A stretch of DNA of 64,000 bases from Eledone cirrhosa (Eukaryota), in assembly GCA_964016885.1 (NCBI GenBank), contig OZ024741.1, positions 286,378,001 to 286,442,000 of the forward strand, in the 5' to 3' direction. Positions within the stretch are counted from its first letter, which is position 1, and the number at the start of each line of letters is the position of its first letter. A model generated the notes under the pieces. That model did not search any database, had not been told where the DNA came from, and saw nothing but the letters and a program-made list of their open reading frames with translations. Positions 26,254-39,818 of this stretch are shown here, piece by piece. The translations under genes and the position numbers were made by a program.

Positions 26254-26941
26254 CACAAACACATACACACGCGTACATCAACATACAAAGAGACTTATAT
26301 ACACACACACACACACACGCACTTCTCCGTATAAGACAAAAGCTGAAAAATATCTTTTGACATGCTAAAATACCCATGCTAAATATGCTGAATATGCTGA
26401 ATTGCTTTCAGACACATTCTTACTGACCATCCCTGCCACCACGAATTACTCTGCTACACACACACACACACACTTATCTTAATAGCCATTTGACACACAT
26501 CGCTGCTGGCCATTGTCGCAGCATCGAACACCTTACTACTACTACTACTACACACACACACACACATACACACACATACACACACACACATACACACACA
26601 CACATACACACTCACACACACACATATTTGTTGTGAAAGAGTCATTTCTCAATCTTGGCGCAAAACCAATTTTTTATTCACATGACCTCTACCGACCAAT
26701 CAAAATTGTTTTGACCAAGAATTTTTGCTGGAGCCACTTTTTTAACATAAAAACAGTCTTGGCGCAAAATCAACTTTTTACATTCACATGACCTCTACCG
26801 ACCAATCAAAATTGTTTTGACCACAAGAATTTTTGCAACACAAAAATAACGCTGGAGCCACTTTTTTAACATAAAAACAGGTAGAATTCCCAAAAGTAAT
26901 CAGATCAGAGCAAACAGCACGGACACTCTATCTCAAAATTA

Positions 26942-26978
26942 TTTTTGAAAAGCATTTAGAAATGCGCAACCGGTAAAA
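26942..26978 (+). ncRNA. U3-A8 variant hammerhead-like motif (A13C), inverted arm copy
   Basis: ttt-TTGAAAA-gcattt ag aaatgc-GCAA-CCGG-TA-aaa. Confidence 0.55.
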
Positions 26979-27096
26979 ACTTAAAAACTTAAAACCACAA
27001 CTGAACACTAACCCATACAATCACTAATACTCTTTTATTCCTAATTAAACCATTTTTCAACTGTGAACAATTTGTCAGCATTTTCTATTCCGTTTA

Positions 27097-27178
<82 letters not shown>

Positions 27179-27179
27179 A

Positions 27180-27728
27180 TTGGAACTTCCACTATCATTC
27201 TGAGAAACGTCGACCAGCCACGTCTATGCAATGACACACACTTAGCTATTAGGCGGAAGATGAATCATCTGATAGAGGTCACTATCCTTGGAGGCAATCT
27301 TCAAGGTAAAAGTGCATTTATTCCCAAGATTCCTCTCATCCTATCCTCTACCATGTTAGCATTCACATTCTCAAGACTTCAGTTCCCTGTTAGAGACACT
27401 TTTGCTGTGACCATAAATAGAGTTTCAAAGTTGTAGGATTGAATACAAAGGAATCTCTTTTTACCCATGTACAGTTATATGTACGTTGTTCACGAGTGGG
27501 AACACCTAGAAATCTTCATATACTATGCACGAACAGTAAAACAAAGAATCTGGTGTATCTGGAAGATTTTTTACTATTTTGTTGTTATTGTTGTTGTTGT
27601 TGTTGTTGTTGTTTTTTTGTTTTTGTTTTTGTTTTTTTGTTTTTTTTTTGGGGGGGGGGGGGGTTTATCTCACACACACACACGCCACGTTCTCGCATCA
27701 TACGGGCGAAGCTGGGTACACCAGCTAG
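27180..27728 (+). mobile_element. Helitron 3' remnant (PIF1-like helicase C-terminus + CTAG end)
   Basis: IILRNVDQPRLCNDT, FIPKIPL, RLQFPVR..FAVTIN, FTHVQLYVRCSRVG and KTKNLVY; terminus ACGGGCGAAGCTGGGTACACCAGCTAG-T. Confidence 0.85.
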
Positions 27729-27804
27729 TAATATGATAAAGCTTTTCTTGAAATCAAGTATATTACTGGTACTTTTTCAATGAAATATAAATGCGTATCA
27801 GCAC

Positions 27805-28475
27805 AATTTGACCCCGAACCTAGAGGAAATATACTAGGAACTGTATTCTATGTAATTGATCCAGTATTCTATTGTTTAATTTCCACTTCATCCCCCTTCT
27901 GACTAGCCACTACAGTAATCGAAGTAGAGCGCCGCAGAGCAAGTTGTCAGTTGCAGCTACTGTTACTACTACTACTAATATTACTACTACTACTACTACT
28001 ACTGCTGTTGCTGCTATTGCTACTACTACTGCTGCTGCTACTACTGTCACTACTACTACTACTATGACTAAGATTGGGTATCGATTCTCAGATAAAGATC
28101 TAGTTTCTCGATCAATTTTCAATTTCGATTATCTGACGTTACAAATTCATTTCATTTACATCACTAATAACCATGGGAATGTTATGAACGCCACACCATC
28201 ATATTTAACCCTCCTCTATTAAAATATAGTGAAGGGACCTTATCTTAGACTACAGAGGAATATAATACTGATTTCAAATTTAGGCACAAGGCTAGCAAAT
28301 CTGGGGGAACAACAAAGTTGTTTAGTTGAACCCAAGTACTTAACTGGTATTTTATTTAATTACCCCTAAAAGGATGAAAGGCAAAGTTTCCCTTGGTGAG
28401 ATTTGAACTCAGAATGTAAAGTATCAGAACAAATACCGCAATGGCATTTTATCCGAAGTCGTATCAATTCTGCCA
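27805..28475 (+). repeat. local duplication, copy 2
   Basis: Direct copy of 3821-4676 with a shorter microsatellite. Confidence 0.9.
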
Positions 28476-28940
28476 ATCTCTATGTGTAACCCATAAAGAA
28501 AAAAACCCTAACATTACTCAAATTCTTCTTCTCTTCTTCTCTTCTTCTTCGCCCACTTATTCTTCAGAGGGTCGAGAGAGCAGAAGCCTCAAACACTCCA
28601 TCCAGCGGGTCCTCTCAGAACCGTTTCCAATTGATCCGGCTCGTTCCCCAAGTGAGATCAGCCGAGCTCATGGATGTTATCCAACCACCTAATTCGGGTT
28701 TCATTTGCCTAGACATCAAAGGAACGCAGCAAATTGGTAAAGTCCTTAGAACTTTGGCTAAAGTACTTAGTTGTGGTATTCTGTTGGGCTCTGCGTTCTA
28801 ACTTCATGTCTCGCCAAGCTTCACTTTACCTTTCATCCTTTCGAGGTCGAATAAAAAATACCAGTCCAATAGAGAGGTCTATTCTTCCTCTATATCTCTT
28901 CCTCCCTCTCACTCACTGTCACATCTTCCTCTCTAAGAAA

Positions 28941-31900
28941 CAAAGAACTGATGGAAACTGTCCGAAAGGACCCCACAATACAAACGGAAGGGAAAACTTT
29001 CCCCACCAACGACCCACCCCCAAACCTCAAACTTATCAGGGTAACAACCCTACAGTATGAAACTTTAAAAGAGAACTTCCCACATGATGTCCCCCCCCCC
29101 TTGCCAAAAGCCCCTTAACCATGTCCTGCTAAAAGGATTCCCTGCCTCCCCAAACACCACCAATCAGGACATGGAGATCGAACAACCCGACCTCCAGGAA
29201 ACGAAAAGGTAAGTGTTCCTACCTTTTCTCTCCTTAACTCTTCTTCACCAACATGGCGACTATACAAGCTGGATATTTGAATGTACGTGACCTGGGCATG
29301 TCCTGGAAACAGAGCCAGCTTTTAAATGATCTCAGGTCACATTGTATAGATGTGATAGCCACCACCGAGTCCAAAATTCACGACAAGCAGCAGCTAACCC
29401 CCATGTTCAATGATTTTGAGATCTACGCATCTCTCTGTCAACCAGGAGGTGGAGGGGGAGTTGCTGTTCTGTTTCGAAAAAACTTGGATGTCAAAACACA
29501 GACGATTCACTTGGACCCGGAGGGCAGCATGGTGGTCTTGGACGTGTATGATAGTGAAGGTGGAGCTTTCAGACTGATGGCCGTATATGCCCCGACTGGG
29601 ACATCGTGACCAGAGTTCTTCAAGCGTCTGGAGCCATTCCTGGGAACGTCTCGCTCCTTAGTGTTAGCGGGGGACTGGAATGGCATCTTAGACGCACGTT
29701 GGGACTATGTAGGAGCTTGTGATAATAGAGGGGGGTGTAATAGCCTCAAAAATCTCATCAGCCAATTCCAACTGGCTGATAGATATCGACTAGACTTCCC
29801 AAGTGCACCACCACTGTGGATGTGGAGGAACCGCACTGGGTCTTCTAGATCGTATTTAGATAGATTTTTAATTAGACAGAATGATAAGGAAACATTAATC
29901 TGTCCACAAATGCACATGGTTGCCTATTCAGACCACAAATGAGTCACCTGCGTAGTCACCTTTGATAGAACACATAGACAGGTACCCGGATACTGGAAGC
30001 TAACCATGTCGCTCCCGGCGCGTAAGGCCTACAGTAAACGGATTAGCACCTTAGTTAAGAGCCAGTTGACGGGGGCGATCGTCAACAACAGGTGGTGGAG
30101 CTCTCTCAAGAGAGCAATTAGAATAGAAAAGGAACTGGTAGCTAAAATAGAAGAGGCACTTAGGAATGGCAGTACAGCTGACGTGCTAGCGGCGAGAAAG
30201 GCACTAGACCAGTTCTTCAACGTGAAACACGAAGGTTGTATTGTCAGAAGTAGAACACGTGCTCTAAGAAACGAGGGAGCCAAAGCTGTTAGCTGGGCCC
30301 GAGTGGCAGATGGGAAAAGTGGCAAAAAATCCACAATTCGGTCTTTGCAAGACAAAGATGGATGCATTGTACTTGAATCCAAGCAGATGTGCGCGGCCTT
30401 CCAGCAGCATTTTGCACAACTGTTCCGGCAAAGCGGTACATCGAGCGAGGTGATGGACTTCAGCTCCTACCTCGATGGCGTACCGCGACTCTCGAGCACG
30501 GATGCGGAGAGCTGCGAAAGGCCGATCACAGCGGGAGAAATAGAAGATGCCCTAGTCCGCTGCGGGAAACGCAAATCACCCGGTTTAGATGGTCTACCCT
30601 ATGAGTTTTACATAGGCATGCCAGACTTGTTCTCTGGCGTCCTCGAAGTGGTCTACTGCCCAAACGTGTGCAATCTCGACCAGGTCGTTACACGACAACC
30701 TCCACCTCATGCGATACATGGCTTCGGTGGGGCTCTGATCAATTTAGATCAGTCTAAGGCATTTGATAGGGTCAACCATCAATACTTGGAAGCAGTTCTC
30801 AAGGCGGCCGGCTTCGGTTCCGTCTTCAGAGGCTGGATCGCTGCCATGCACACCAACATCTGATCGGCAGTCAAGGTGAATGGCTACATATCAGAGTCAT
30901 TCCAAATCATGCGTTCCATCCGTCAGGGATGCCCTCTCTCCTCCATTCTGTATGTACTGACTCTCGAGCCGTTACTGCGGAAATTGGAGCTGTTGCAGTG
31001 CATCCCGATCGAACCAGGACTGCGGCACAGCGTCGGCCTATGCCGACGACATAACAGTAATGGTGTCGAAAACCTCGGAAATCAAGGTAATCGGCAACCT
31101 ATTACAGGAATACGAAACGTTGACAGGAGCAAGACTAAACCCAAACAAGTTTGTCGGTTTGCAACTCGGCACATGGAGAGGCAAACCCATGCCTTCCGAC
31201 AGTGTCGTTGGACGCTGGACGGAAGGACCGGTGAAATTGCTCGGGGTCTGGTTCGGTCCAGACCTCCAGGTGGACAAGAACTGGAACGAGGTCACGGCGA
31301 AAGTATTTGCACTCACCCAGAAGTGGGCTGAGCGCAAACTCTCCTTGAAAGGTCGAGCGGAGGTGGCGAACACTTACATAGCGTCCGTCATCTACTACCG
31401 CTTGACAGTCGTGCCTTGCCCCCGCGAATACCTTACCAAAATGGAACGCCTACACTTCAAGTTCCTCTGGAAGAAACAGGCTCTATTGGTGAGGAGATCC
31501 ATCTGCTGTCAACACCCTTCTAACGGAGGGCTGGGCATGCCGTGGCTGATTATGCGCAAACATGCGCTGGGGCTATCGTTTGTGAGACAAGCTCTTCCAT
31601 AACTCGTCTCACTAACAGAGCTGCAGTCCTGGGTGAAACGAAGGCCGAAAATGGGTGCCTGGCACCTCGAGTGCATACAGACGCTCACAACCCTCTACCA
31701 AGCGGAAACGGAAATCAGCGGAGACTCTACTTCGACATTCTATAGGGGATTAGTGGAGGATAAGTGTGACGACGTTCTCGGGGAAACTCTAGGCATGGAG
31801 GAGGACGAACTGACCAGTCTGTTCGGGAGGACTTTCCGTCCAGGGCCTATGGATAACTTCCAAAGGTCTCTGGCCTGGCAGTGCTACCGAGGAGCTCTAC

Positions 31901-32630
31901 CAGTTCGAGATAACATCTACAGGCACGGACGCCCTGGCAGAGATCCTGCCAAAAGGACCTGTCCAAGATGCGAGCAGGACATCGAAACCGTTCTGCACGC
32001 AATTGTTCAGTGCCCAGGGGTGACCGACCTGTGGAATTATGTCGAACAGATGCTGTCACGTGTGGGACGCCGCATCCAGTTGTCAGCCGAGTCCATCGTG
32101 AGGATCACCCCGCCGCCTTCATTTAAGAACGAAGGAGAGGCGGTTTTCCTCTGTCTGGTGGCTATGGCGAAAGAGGTAATATGGTGGACGAGGTTAAAAG
32201 GACTGAGGGCAAACACCTTTCTCTAGGACAACAACTTATCCCCTTCTTTAAGTATCACTTCAGAAGGAAGGTGAGAGTGGAGAGAGAGGTGCTACATTCC
32301 AGTAAATTCGCTGAAAGGTGGGTGAATGTGGCAAAAATGACCCGAATGAATGGGCCTTCTCTGTATATAAACCTGTAGGTTGAGGAAGATAAACAGAGGG
32401 AAGACAGGAACACCTACGAAACGTGTTCCTGGTGTTGAGGATTGTTCTATCCACGGGGTGTAAAACAATCCTACAGTAACGTTCATCCCTATTGGGGATT
32501 TCAATTGTTATTTTATTATATATAGTTTATTATTATTTATTAATCTTAAAGTTAGTTTTATGTAAAACCCCCGCCGTCACGTCTTGTAATGTCCCATTTT
32601 TGTACGCCCCTGTGGCAAATAAAGAAAGAT
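28941..32630 (+). mobile_element. Tx1/L1-type LINE, 5'-truncated, degenerate ORF2 (APE-RT-CCHC), inserted in the TC-rich part of a SINE
   Basis: GDWN, SYLDR, SDH, SPGLDG, LDQSKAFDRV, RQGCPLS, YADD (31039-31050), KLLGV and CPRC..ETVLHAIVQC; AATAAA + (TATC)-like tail. SINE halves at about 28730-28940 and 32700-32820. Confidence 0.92.
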
Positions 32631-33264
32631 ATCTATCTATCTCTATCTCTCTCTATCTATCTATCTCTCTATCTCTCTCTTTATCTCTCTCTTTATCTCT
32701 CTCTGTAAGAAATCGGTTGTGTTCAGAACTAGAACTGGGATGGGCTTAGTCAGGTTTAAAATGCCCAACGTATGCCGTATATCGTTACAGTGAGCTTACG
32801 AGTCCTACTGGAAGTACGCGTCTATACATACATACAAACATTATAGGCTTTTGTGCCTAGTCAAAATGAAATCATACGTAACTCTAAATGTTTACTGAAA
32901 TGTTCAAAAATATTCCATCGAATCTGAAATATTACAATATTCACATATTAGTGTCTAAAACTTGTCATAAAATTCATTTGCTTTGATCTTCTGTTTAAAC
33001 AACTATATGTTAATGACGAATAAACATTGAATGTTTTCCATATAAAACTTTTTATAGCTTTTAGTTTTACCTTTTAAGCGTTTGTCAACTATAACATGTC
33101 AATATTTCTCCTATAGCCGGAGCAGTGAGTAGATGAAATTAGTAAATTGCCGGACGAAATACTGTAACTGTTTGTTCGGTGGTCAAATCTCAAAGCGGTT
33201 AACTTTATATTTCATTACAACGAACTCAATGCATTTATTGTTATTCATAGTCTGAAGATGTTTG

Positions 33265-33880
33265 ATTAGCAGAATCATTAGAGCGAAGGATAACATGCGT
33301 TACAACATTTTTCCGTTTCTTTTACTTCTGAGTTCAAATCACGCCGAAGTCAACTCTGTCTTTCATTCTTACGAGATCGATGAAATAAAGTTCCAGTTAA
33401 ATACTGCAGATGATATAATCGATTTCCCATCCTCACATATTGCATAAATTCATTCGAAGTCGATAAACAAAATACCAGTCTAGTACAGGGGTTGATTATT
33501 CCTCTATATCTCTTTTTCACTTCCATCTCTCATTCCCTCTATCATTCTCTGAACGAAATCTGCTATATTCAGACATGGAGAGGAGAAGGACTCCGCCAGG
33601 TTTAAAATTGCCTTAGAAATGCTGTATGTTAATACGGTGTCTCTACGACTCCCTCAATCGTTACAGGACCATACATGCATAAGGGCGGTGGATTCGAAGT
33701 CTCAGTAGAGTATTGGACAAAATACGTTACGGTGTTTAGTTAAGTCTTACTACGCTCTGATTTCAAATCCCACCCTCGGTGTTCGGTAAAATAAAGTACC
33801 AGTTAAATACTGGTGTCGATATAATTGACTTTTCCTTTCCCTTAAATTACTGGTCTTGTGCTAATGTGAGAAAGAATTAT
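33265..33880 (+). mobile_element. cluster of three degenerate SINEs
   Basis: Repeated GAGTTCAAAT box and ATAAAGTACCAG core. Confidence 0.7.
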
Positions 33881-36016
33881 TCATATCCAGGCTCCAGGTT
33901 CCCATCTTATCTGTGATAATCTCCTTTTCAACAAAGAATGGCTTATCAAGTAAAAGATCCAATATTTGTTTGCAATATTAATGTGCACAGTTATGAGCCT
34001 TGTACAGAAAAGGGCAAACTTCTGAGACATCAATATCGATTCTTATTTCATACAAGCTCATCCAACATATCATTAGCATCTTTAAATGAGATATGAATGT
34101 CACATTACATTTTCTTCATTTTAATCTGAAAAATATAGAATTATTATTTCTTAGAAAGAAAAACAATAATTTTTCCTCATTTAATGCTTTATAATAATTT
34201 TAACACCAATCTATTTCTTCACTAACACGAGTAATTATTTCATCTGTGACCGGTGAAGAGTTCTGTCCGAAATTATAGTCTTCTCTTCTTTCTCATAAAA
34301 TTTATTCCTCTGTTTGAACATCTCGCATTACTATTTGCCGACGTAGTGCATCACTAGTTTTCTCAGATTCTATTATTCATATTAATTAGTTTTCTGTTCA
34401 CCTTCTGGAATATCATCTCTCTATGATTATATCCTTCGTGACCCACAATGTATAAACTGCATTGATAATCACCAATCAATAAATTCGATATTCCTTTGCA
34501 GTTTGAAGCTTACGTGTTGATGTGACAGTGACAGCTGAGACATGCCACAGGGGATTGAAATAGCCGATGAAGAGCAAGAAAATGTGACAGGCACCGAAAT
34601 ATTCTTCAATGAAATCGAATAAAAATTGGAAACCAATATAGATGATATTGGATCATCTTTTAATGACTTGTTTCTAGAACAGCGTATATAAGCAAAGTCG
34701 GTAGAATATTTCTACGTTTGGTTTGATATCATATGGTTATGGCTGTTAATAACACAAGAGGAGGATAACTATGCATTGTATTGTACCTTAAAACAATTAT
34801 ATGAATGGTAGAACGATACTGGGGTCTACATCCTATTCAATCAAAGCTTTCTAGAAATTATTCTCATAAACTTGATAATTCCACCAGCAACCTAAAATAA
34901 GTGGAGGTTTATTACAAAGAAAATAATATTAATCGACTAAAAATCTTTACAAATTAAAAAAGAAGGCATATAAAATATTTAACGCAATAAAAACACCTAA
35001 TAAAAAGTGTTAAACAAATGAGTGTTTAGCTCTTGATGGTGTCGTGGGGGAGACGCCCTCACACGTGACGTGTCTTGGGCATTTTAGACCTGGCGGAAAC
35101 CATCGCTGACCAGGTTGAAATACAGCCGATTTCTTCTAGAGAGCGAGGGTAAAAGAGCCAATTTGAATTCAGAGCACAATGAACCGAAACAAATATTAAA
35201 GCATATGATCCTGCCAATTGGACACCTTAAAGTTTAAAAACATTAAATGACATCCGTGAGATGTCTTTCATGACTTATAGTTGGCACTACTCTCATCTGA
35301 CCAACTTTAATAATCTCATATTATATTGAGAATTTCTATAGTGTGTGTCAGGCTGCGAATAGGCAGTGTCGTTAGAACGTCGAAAGAATGAAAGGTAAAG
35401 TTGACCTCAGTGGGATTTGAACTCAGAGAGCCGAAACGAATACCGCAAAGCATTCTATCTGACGCTCTAACGACTCTGCCCATTAGCCGCCTCTAAAAAA
35501 CTTGAAAATATGGACAGAAAAAAAATGACTTAAGTGAGACAGTTTCTTTTTGGCACATTTCAAAGTATTTTTAATTAAGTAATAAAAGTAATTAAAATAC
35601 AATTTATGCAAAATTGAAATTCAAATTGATAAATAAAAAAAATGGCTGACATTAAGCAGTTTTCAGTTTCCCTGTTAATATGGATCAGCGTATAACAGAT
35701 CTTTGTTAAAAGGCTAGATGGACTATGTAGCTAGTGATTGTTAGCACTACCATGTAGTAAATAAATAGAATCCCGTTATTAATTACCAAACAATTATGGA
35801 AATTGAGACACCTCAAATATACAAGCACAATTATTACTGTTGGAATGATGATAACACATATCTCGTCATCAAACATATTCGCCAAATACACGCAGAATTT
35901 AAACTATAAATATCTTTTAAATTACCTAAAAACCGTGGAAGTGTTCTGTCTGACTACCTTGTAACATGATCTTAAACAGTTATAGAGGAATATATATTTC
36001 TGTCAATGTATGTATG

Positions 36017-36327
36017 CAGGGCCCGATTTAGACCTTGGTCCGGGGGGGGGCACTTCAGGCTTAAGAGTGGCCCTCATACACACAAAATTAGAATACACAG
36101 CAAACCTCCATTTTTACATATCAAAGTTAGCTTGGCGCAAGTAATTGGAATTGAAAAGTTATACATACAGCTATTAAATTCAAAAAGTCTTACCATCCTA
36201 AAACTAAAAAGCCCAGCAAAGAGCACAAATAAATTGCTATGGCCATCACTAGTGGGCACCCCACCCCCACCCTAAAGCAGATGGCCCGTGGAAATTTCCC
36301 CCTTTGCCCCGTTGAAATCAGGCCCTG
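36017..36327. mobile_element. hAT-type MITE
   Basis: TIR CAGGGCCCGATTT...AAATCAGGCCCTG; TATGTATG on both sides (8-bp TSD within a microsatellite). Confidence 0.8.
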
Positions 36328-36778
36328 TATGTATGTATGTATGTATGTATGTATGTATGTATGTATGTAGCGTAACTGCTGATGGAGTCATTGGGGTGCC
36401 ATGGGCACTCCAAATGTTAACACTGCCGATTTCTTTCCGGAGAAGAAGAGAGAGAATGATTGATAGAAAGTGAGAAAGAGATGCAGAGGAAGTATCAACC
36501 AGAGAAAGTGAAAGGGGAAGTTATCTCCGGTGATTTGTGAACTCGGGGAGAAGACAGCCGGAACGAATACCCCAGTGAATTCTATGCAAAGTTCTGGCGG
36601 TTCTATTAATTTACCGCCTATTTCCGCCAATACTAACCGACATCTCTACTTCGTTTTTGTATTCATCTAAATCGTGGTTAATAGAAAAATTAATTCAGGC
36701 GATAATAAAAACACACAAACAAAACTAATTCGGGAAATATTAGACAGTTTCACATAACATGTTCCTAGCATAAATATG

Positions 36779-37030
36779 TATAGTTCCCCCGGTATTCGCG
36801 GGGGTTACGTTCCTAAGCCACCTGCAAAGAGTGAAAAACCGCGAATATTGGACATGGTCAATAAAATGCCTATAAATGTCAAAACATAACGTAAAATATA
36901 GGCCCGCCAATACGGCATATTGTTATTAATAATTTAGTGTTAAAAAGGTGAAAATATTTATATTTCCACGAAAAAAGCCATTAAAAAATCGCGCAAGATA
37001 TTTACGATTGCGCGAATATGCGGTTGTTTC
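36779..37030. mobile_element. Tigger/pogo-like MITE fragment
   Basis: TAGTTCCCCCGGTATTCGCGGGG start with repeated CGCGAATA motifs. Confidence 0.5.
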
Positions 37031-37652
37031 CACGAACAATTATTAGTCCCGGCCGAGGTTGACTTTGTCTTTCATCCTTACGGGGTCGATAAAATAAAGT
37101 ACCAGTAATGCACTGGTTAATTGCTGGCCTTGTGCCTAAAGTAGAAACAATTATTAGTTAGGTTCTAAGGAAAATTCTGCGAATGTCGGGGGTACATTGT
37201 ATAGAGGTAATAATATACGGCACGTAACTCCTGATAAAATCGTAGAGGCACCGTCCTGACACACAACATGTCTTAGTCATTTTTAAATCTGTCGGAGCGG
37301 CACCCTTCTCTATTTCGGAACATGGCCAATTTCTCCCAGACAGAGAAGAGAGAAAAGCCAAACTCATTACAGGATTATTACTTATTTGTCCATCCAGAAA
37401 TGATAAAATGCACGGCTGACCTCGGTGGGATTTGAACTCGGGGTGTAGTGAGTCAAGACAAACACTGAGGCATTTTAAATCCGAATCCCTTAACGACTTT
37501 GCCAATTCATCATGTTTACCTAAATATGAAAATGTCTCGTGGCCCACCGTGTGGACACTGACCTCTTTGTTGTTTTCTAATTTACTGTGAATGCGTTATA
37601 TTTCTAGGTGAACACCGGGTCTTTCCAGGAGAAATTTGAAAAGCATAACTAG

Positions 37653-38050
37653 AACATACATACATACATACTTACATATATGCATACATACACATACATA
37701 CATACACATGCATACATATATACACATACATACATAAACACATACTTACATACATGCATACATATATACAAACGTGCACACATACATACATTCATATATA
37801 CAAACACGCATACATACATACATACATACATACATACATACATACATACATACATACATACATACACACATACATACATACGCACACACATACATACACA
37901 CATACATACATACACACATACATACATACACACATACATACATATACAGACACACATACTACATACATATACAGACACACACACATACATACATACATAC
38001 ATACATACATACATACATACATACATACATACATACATACATACATACAT
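37653..38050. repeat. (CATA)n microsatellite field
   Basis: Seen directly; continues at 38476-38557, 39727-39818 and 40275-40390. Confidence 0.95.
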
Positions 38051-38471
38051 AGTGGCTGCCAACTTTCGAGTATGGCCACTACTTTATATCCATGTAGGAG
38101 AACCCCTACCGATGCGCTGAACGAGTGTGACTTTTTAGTCCAGCCAGCGACTTGAAAACTCTGGTACAAACACTACACTTGTGTCAATTATTGACACATA
38201 GTGCTCGGCCCACGGAACCATGTGAGGACAAGTGCAGAGAGATCTCCAGATATAAAGCAATGCCTGTGCCGTGAAGCTTTTATAGTGAGCAAAGGCACTG
38301 CACAAAGCCAGTCCCACTCTCTTAACCAAGATGATATTTAACAAAAATAAGAACAAGTCAACATCATTGGATACTATCAGGGTTGCAGGTGTTATATCAG
38401 AGTTTTCCATCTCCTAGAATTCTGCCTTGACAAAGGCTAAGGGGTCATCTCTCCCGGTGATTTTGGATGGT
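38051..38471 (-). mobile_element. RTE-derived bipartite non-autonomous element, 5'-truncated, (ATGT)n tail
   Basis: Reverse-complement copy of about 44786-45196. Confidence 0.85.
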
Positions 38472-38558
38472 ATGACATACATACATACATACATACATAC
38501 ATACATACATACATACATACATACATACATACATACATACACACATACATACATACAT

Positions 38559-39735
38559 TAGCGAAAAGGAGAATATTTATGCAGAATTGATGAGAAATCT
38601 GCAGATACTCCACCCTACCCTGATTACACCTTCAGATTTATGCCTGTGATTATTGGGACACTGGGGTATGTTAGTAACTGCTTCAATACAAATCTTGAGA
38701 AGCTAGGCTTCACAGGAACAGAAAGAACACAACTAGTTAAGAAATTACAAGTACAATCCATTAATGGCCACTGATCTGGAGGAGAGATATGGAATAAAGC
38801 CTGATATAAATCTCTCACCCAGAGAAATCGGAAGATCCTATTCAATGTTCAAACAAGATGAAAAAATTAACCAATTTACAGAGAAAGTTGTGCATGGATA
38901 CTTGAGGCGTAAAACACAGACCATGGAGGGGATAAATCATTCAAAACACTCGGCATGGAGTTCCGACAACTTTATGACATCACACCTTGAGGGATATATC
39001 TATGCAATACAGGAACAAGAACTCCCTACCAAATATCTGCTGCACAAAAGAGGAGGGCCAGCAGCTGACAATAAATGTAGGCTATGTAAAACAGAGATCG
39101 AATATGTAAGCCACATTGTTGCCAGTTGCGAAAGAATGTCATCTCGCTACTACCTCGCCATGAGACACGATGGGATAGCTAGAACCATCTGGAACGCACT
39201 TCGGAAAACAAAATTAACAACAAACGAGGAATAATATATTGAGACAGATGGCACTAAGGAATACTGGTGGACACTGAAAATTAAAACTGCCACCAAATTA
39301 AAGCACAACCGGCCTGATATTGTTGTTTGGGACCACACATTGAAAACGTGTTCTGTGTGGAGATCAGCTGCCCACTTGATGTAAACGTTGTCAGAAAAAT
39401 ACAGGAGAAGGAGGACATCTACTGACTATTGATGAGGAGTTTACAAATCCAGTATCCAAGATACACCTTTAGCTTCATACCCATCATTATTGGAGCTACG
39501 GCTTATATACCAACCCGCTTGGATCAAAGTATGACTGAACTTGGATTTGCGGACAAAGAGCGCAGCTCCCTAATTCATAGTCTACAAATGGCTGCGATGG
39601 CTGGTACCTTTAAAATTTGCAAAACATTCTTGCGATTCAAGGGATGACAATTTCTTTTCTTTTATAACCTTGCCACCAGGAAGGTGGCCGGTCAAAAAAT
39701 ACTCGAAATTAAGAGAAAGAGATAACATAAATACA
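38559..39735 (+). mobile_element. two fused 3' fragments of R4/Dong-like non-LTR elements (CCHC + restriction-like endonuclease)
   Basis: EGYIYAIQEQ, CRLC..E.VSHIVASC, RHD, HNRPDIVVWD, ISCPLD, EKEDIY and IPIIIGA; first fragment KENIYAELMRNLQ..MPVIIGTLG; (CATA)n tail. Confidence 0.85.
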
Positions 39736-39818
39736 TACTACATACATACATACATACATACATACATACATACATACATACATACATACATACATACATA
39801 CATACATACATACATACA

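Larger units (their letters stand above)
21477..27104 (-). mobile_element. Penelope-like element (Neptune/Nematis-type), 5'-truncated, with inverted 3' copy, in (TA)n
   Basis: RT-GIY-YIG ORF; arms about 21510-22930 and 25827-27104 are inverted repeats; long (TA)n on both sides. Confidence 0.95.
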
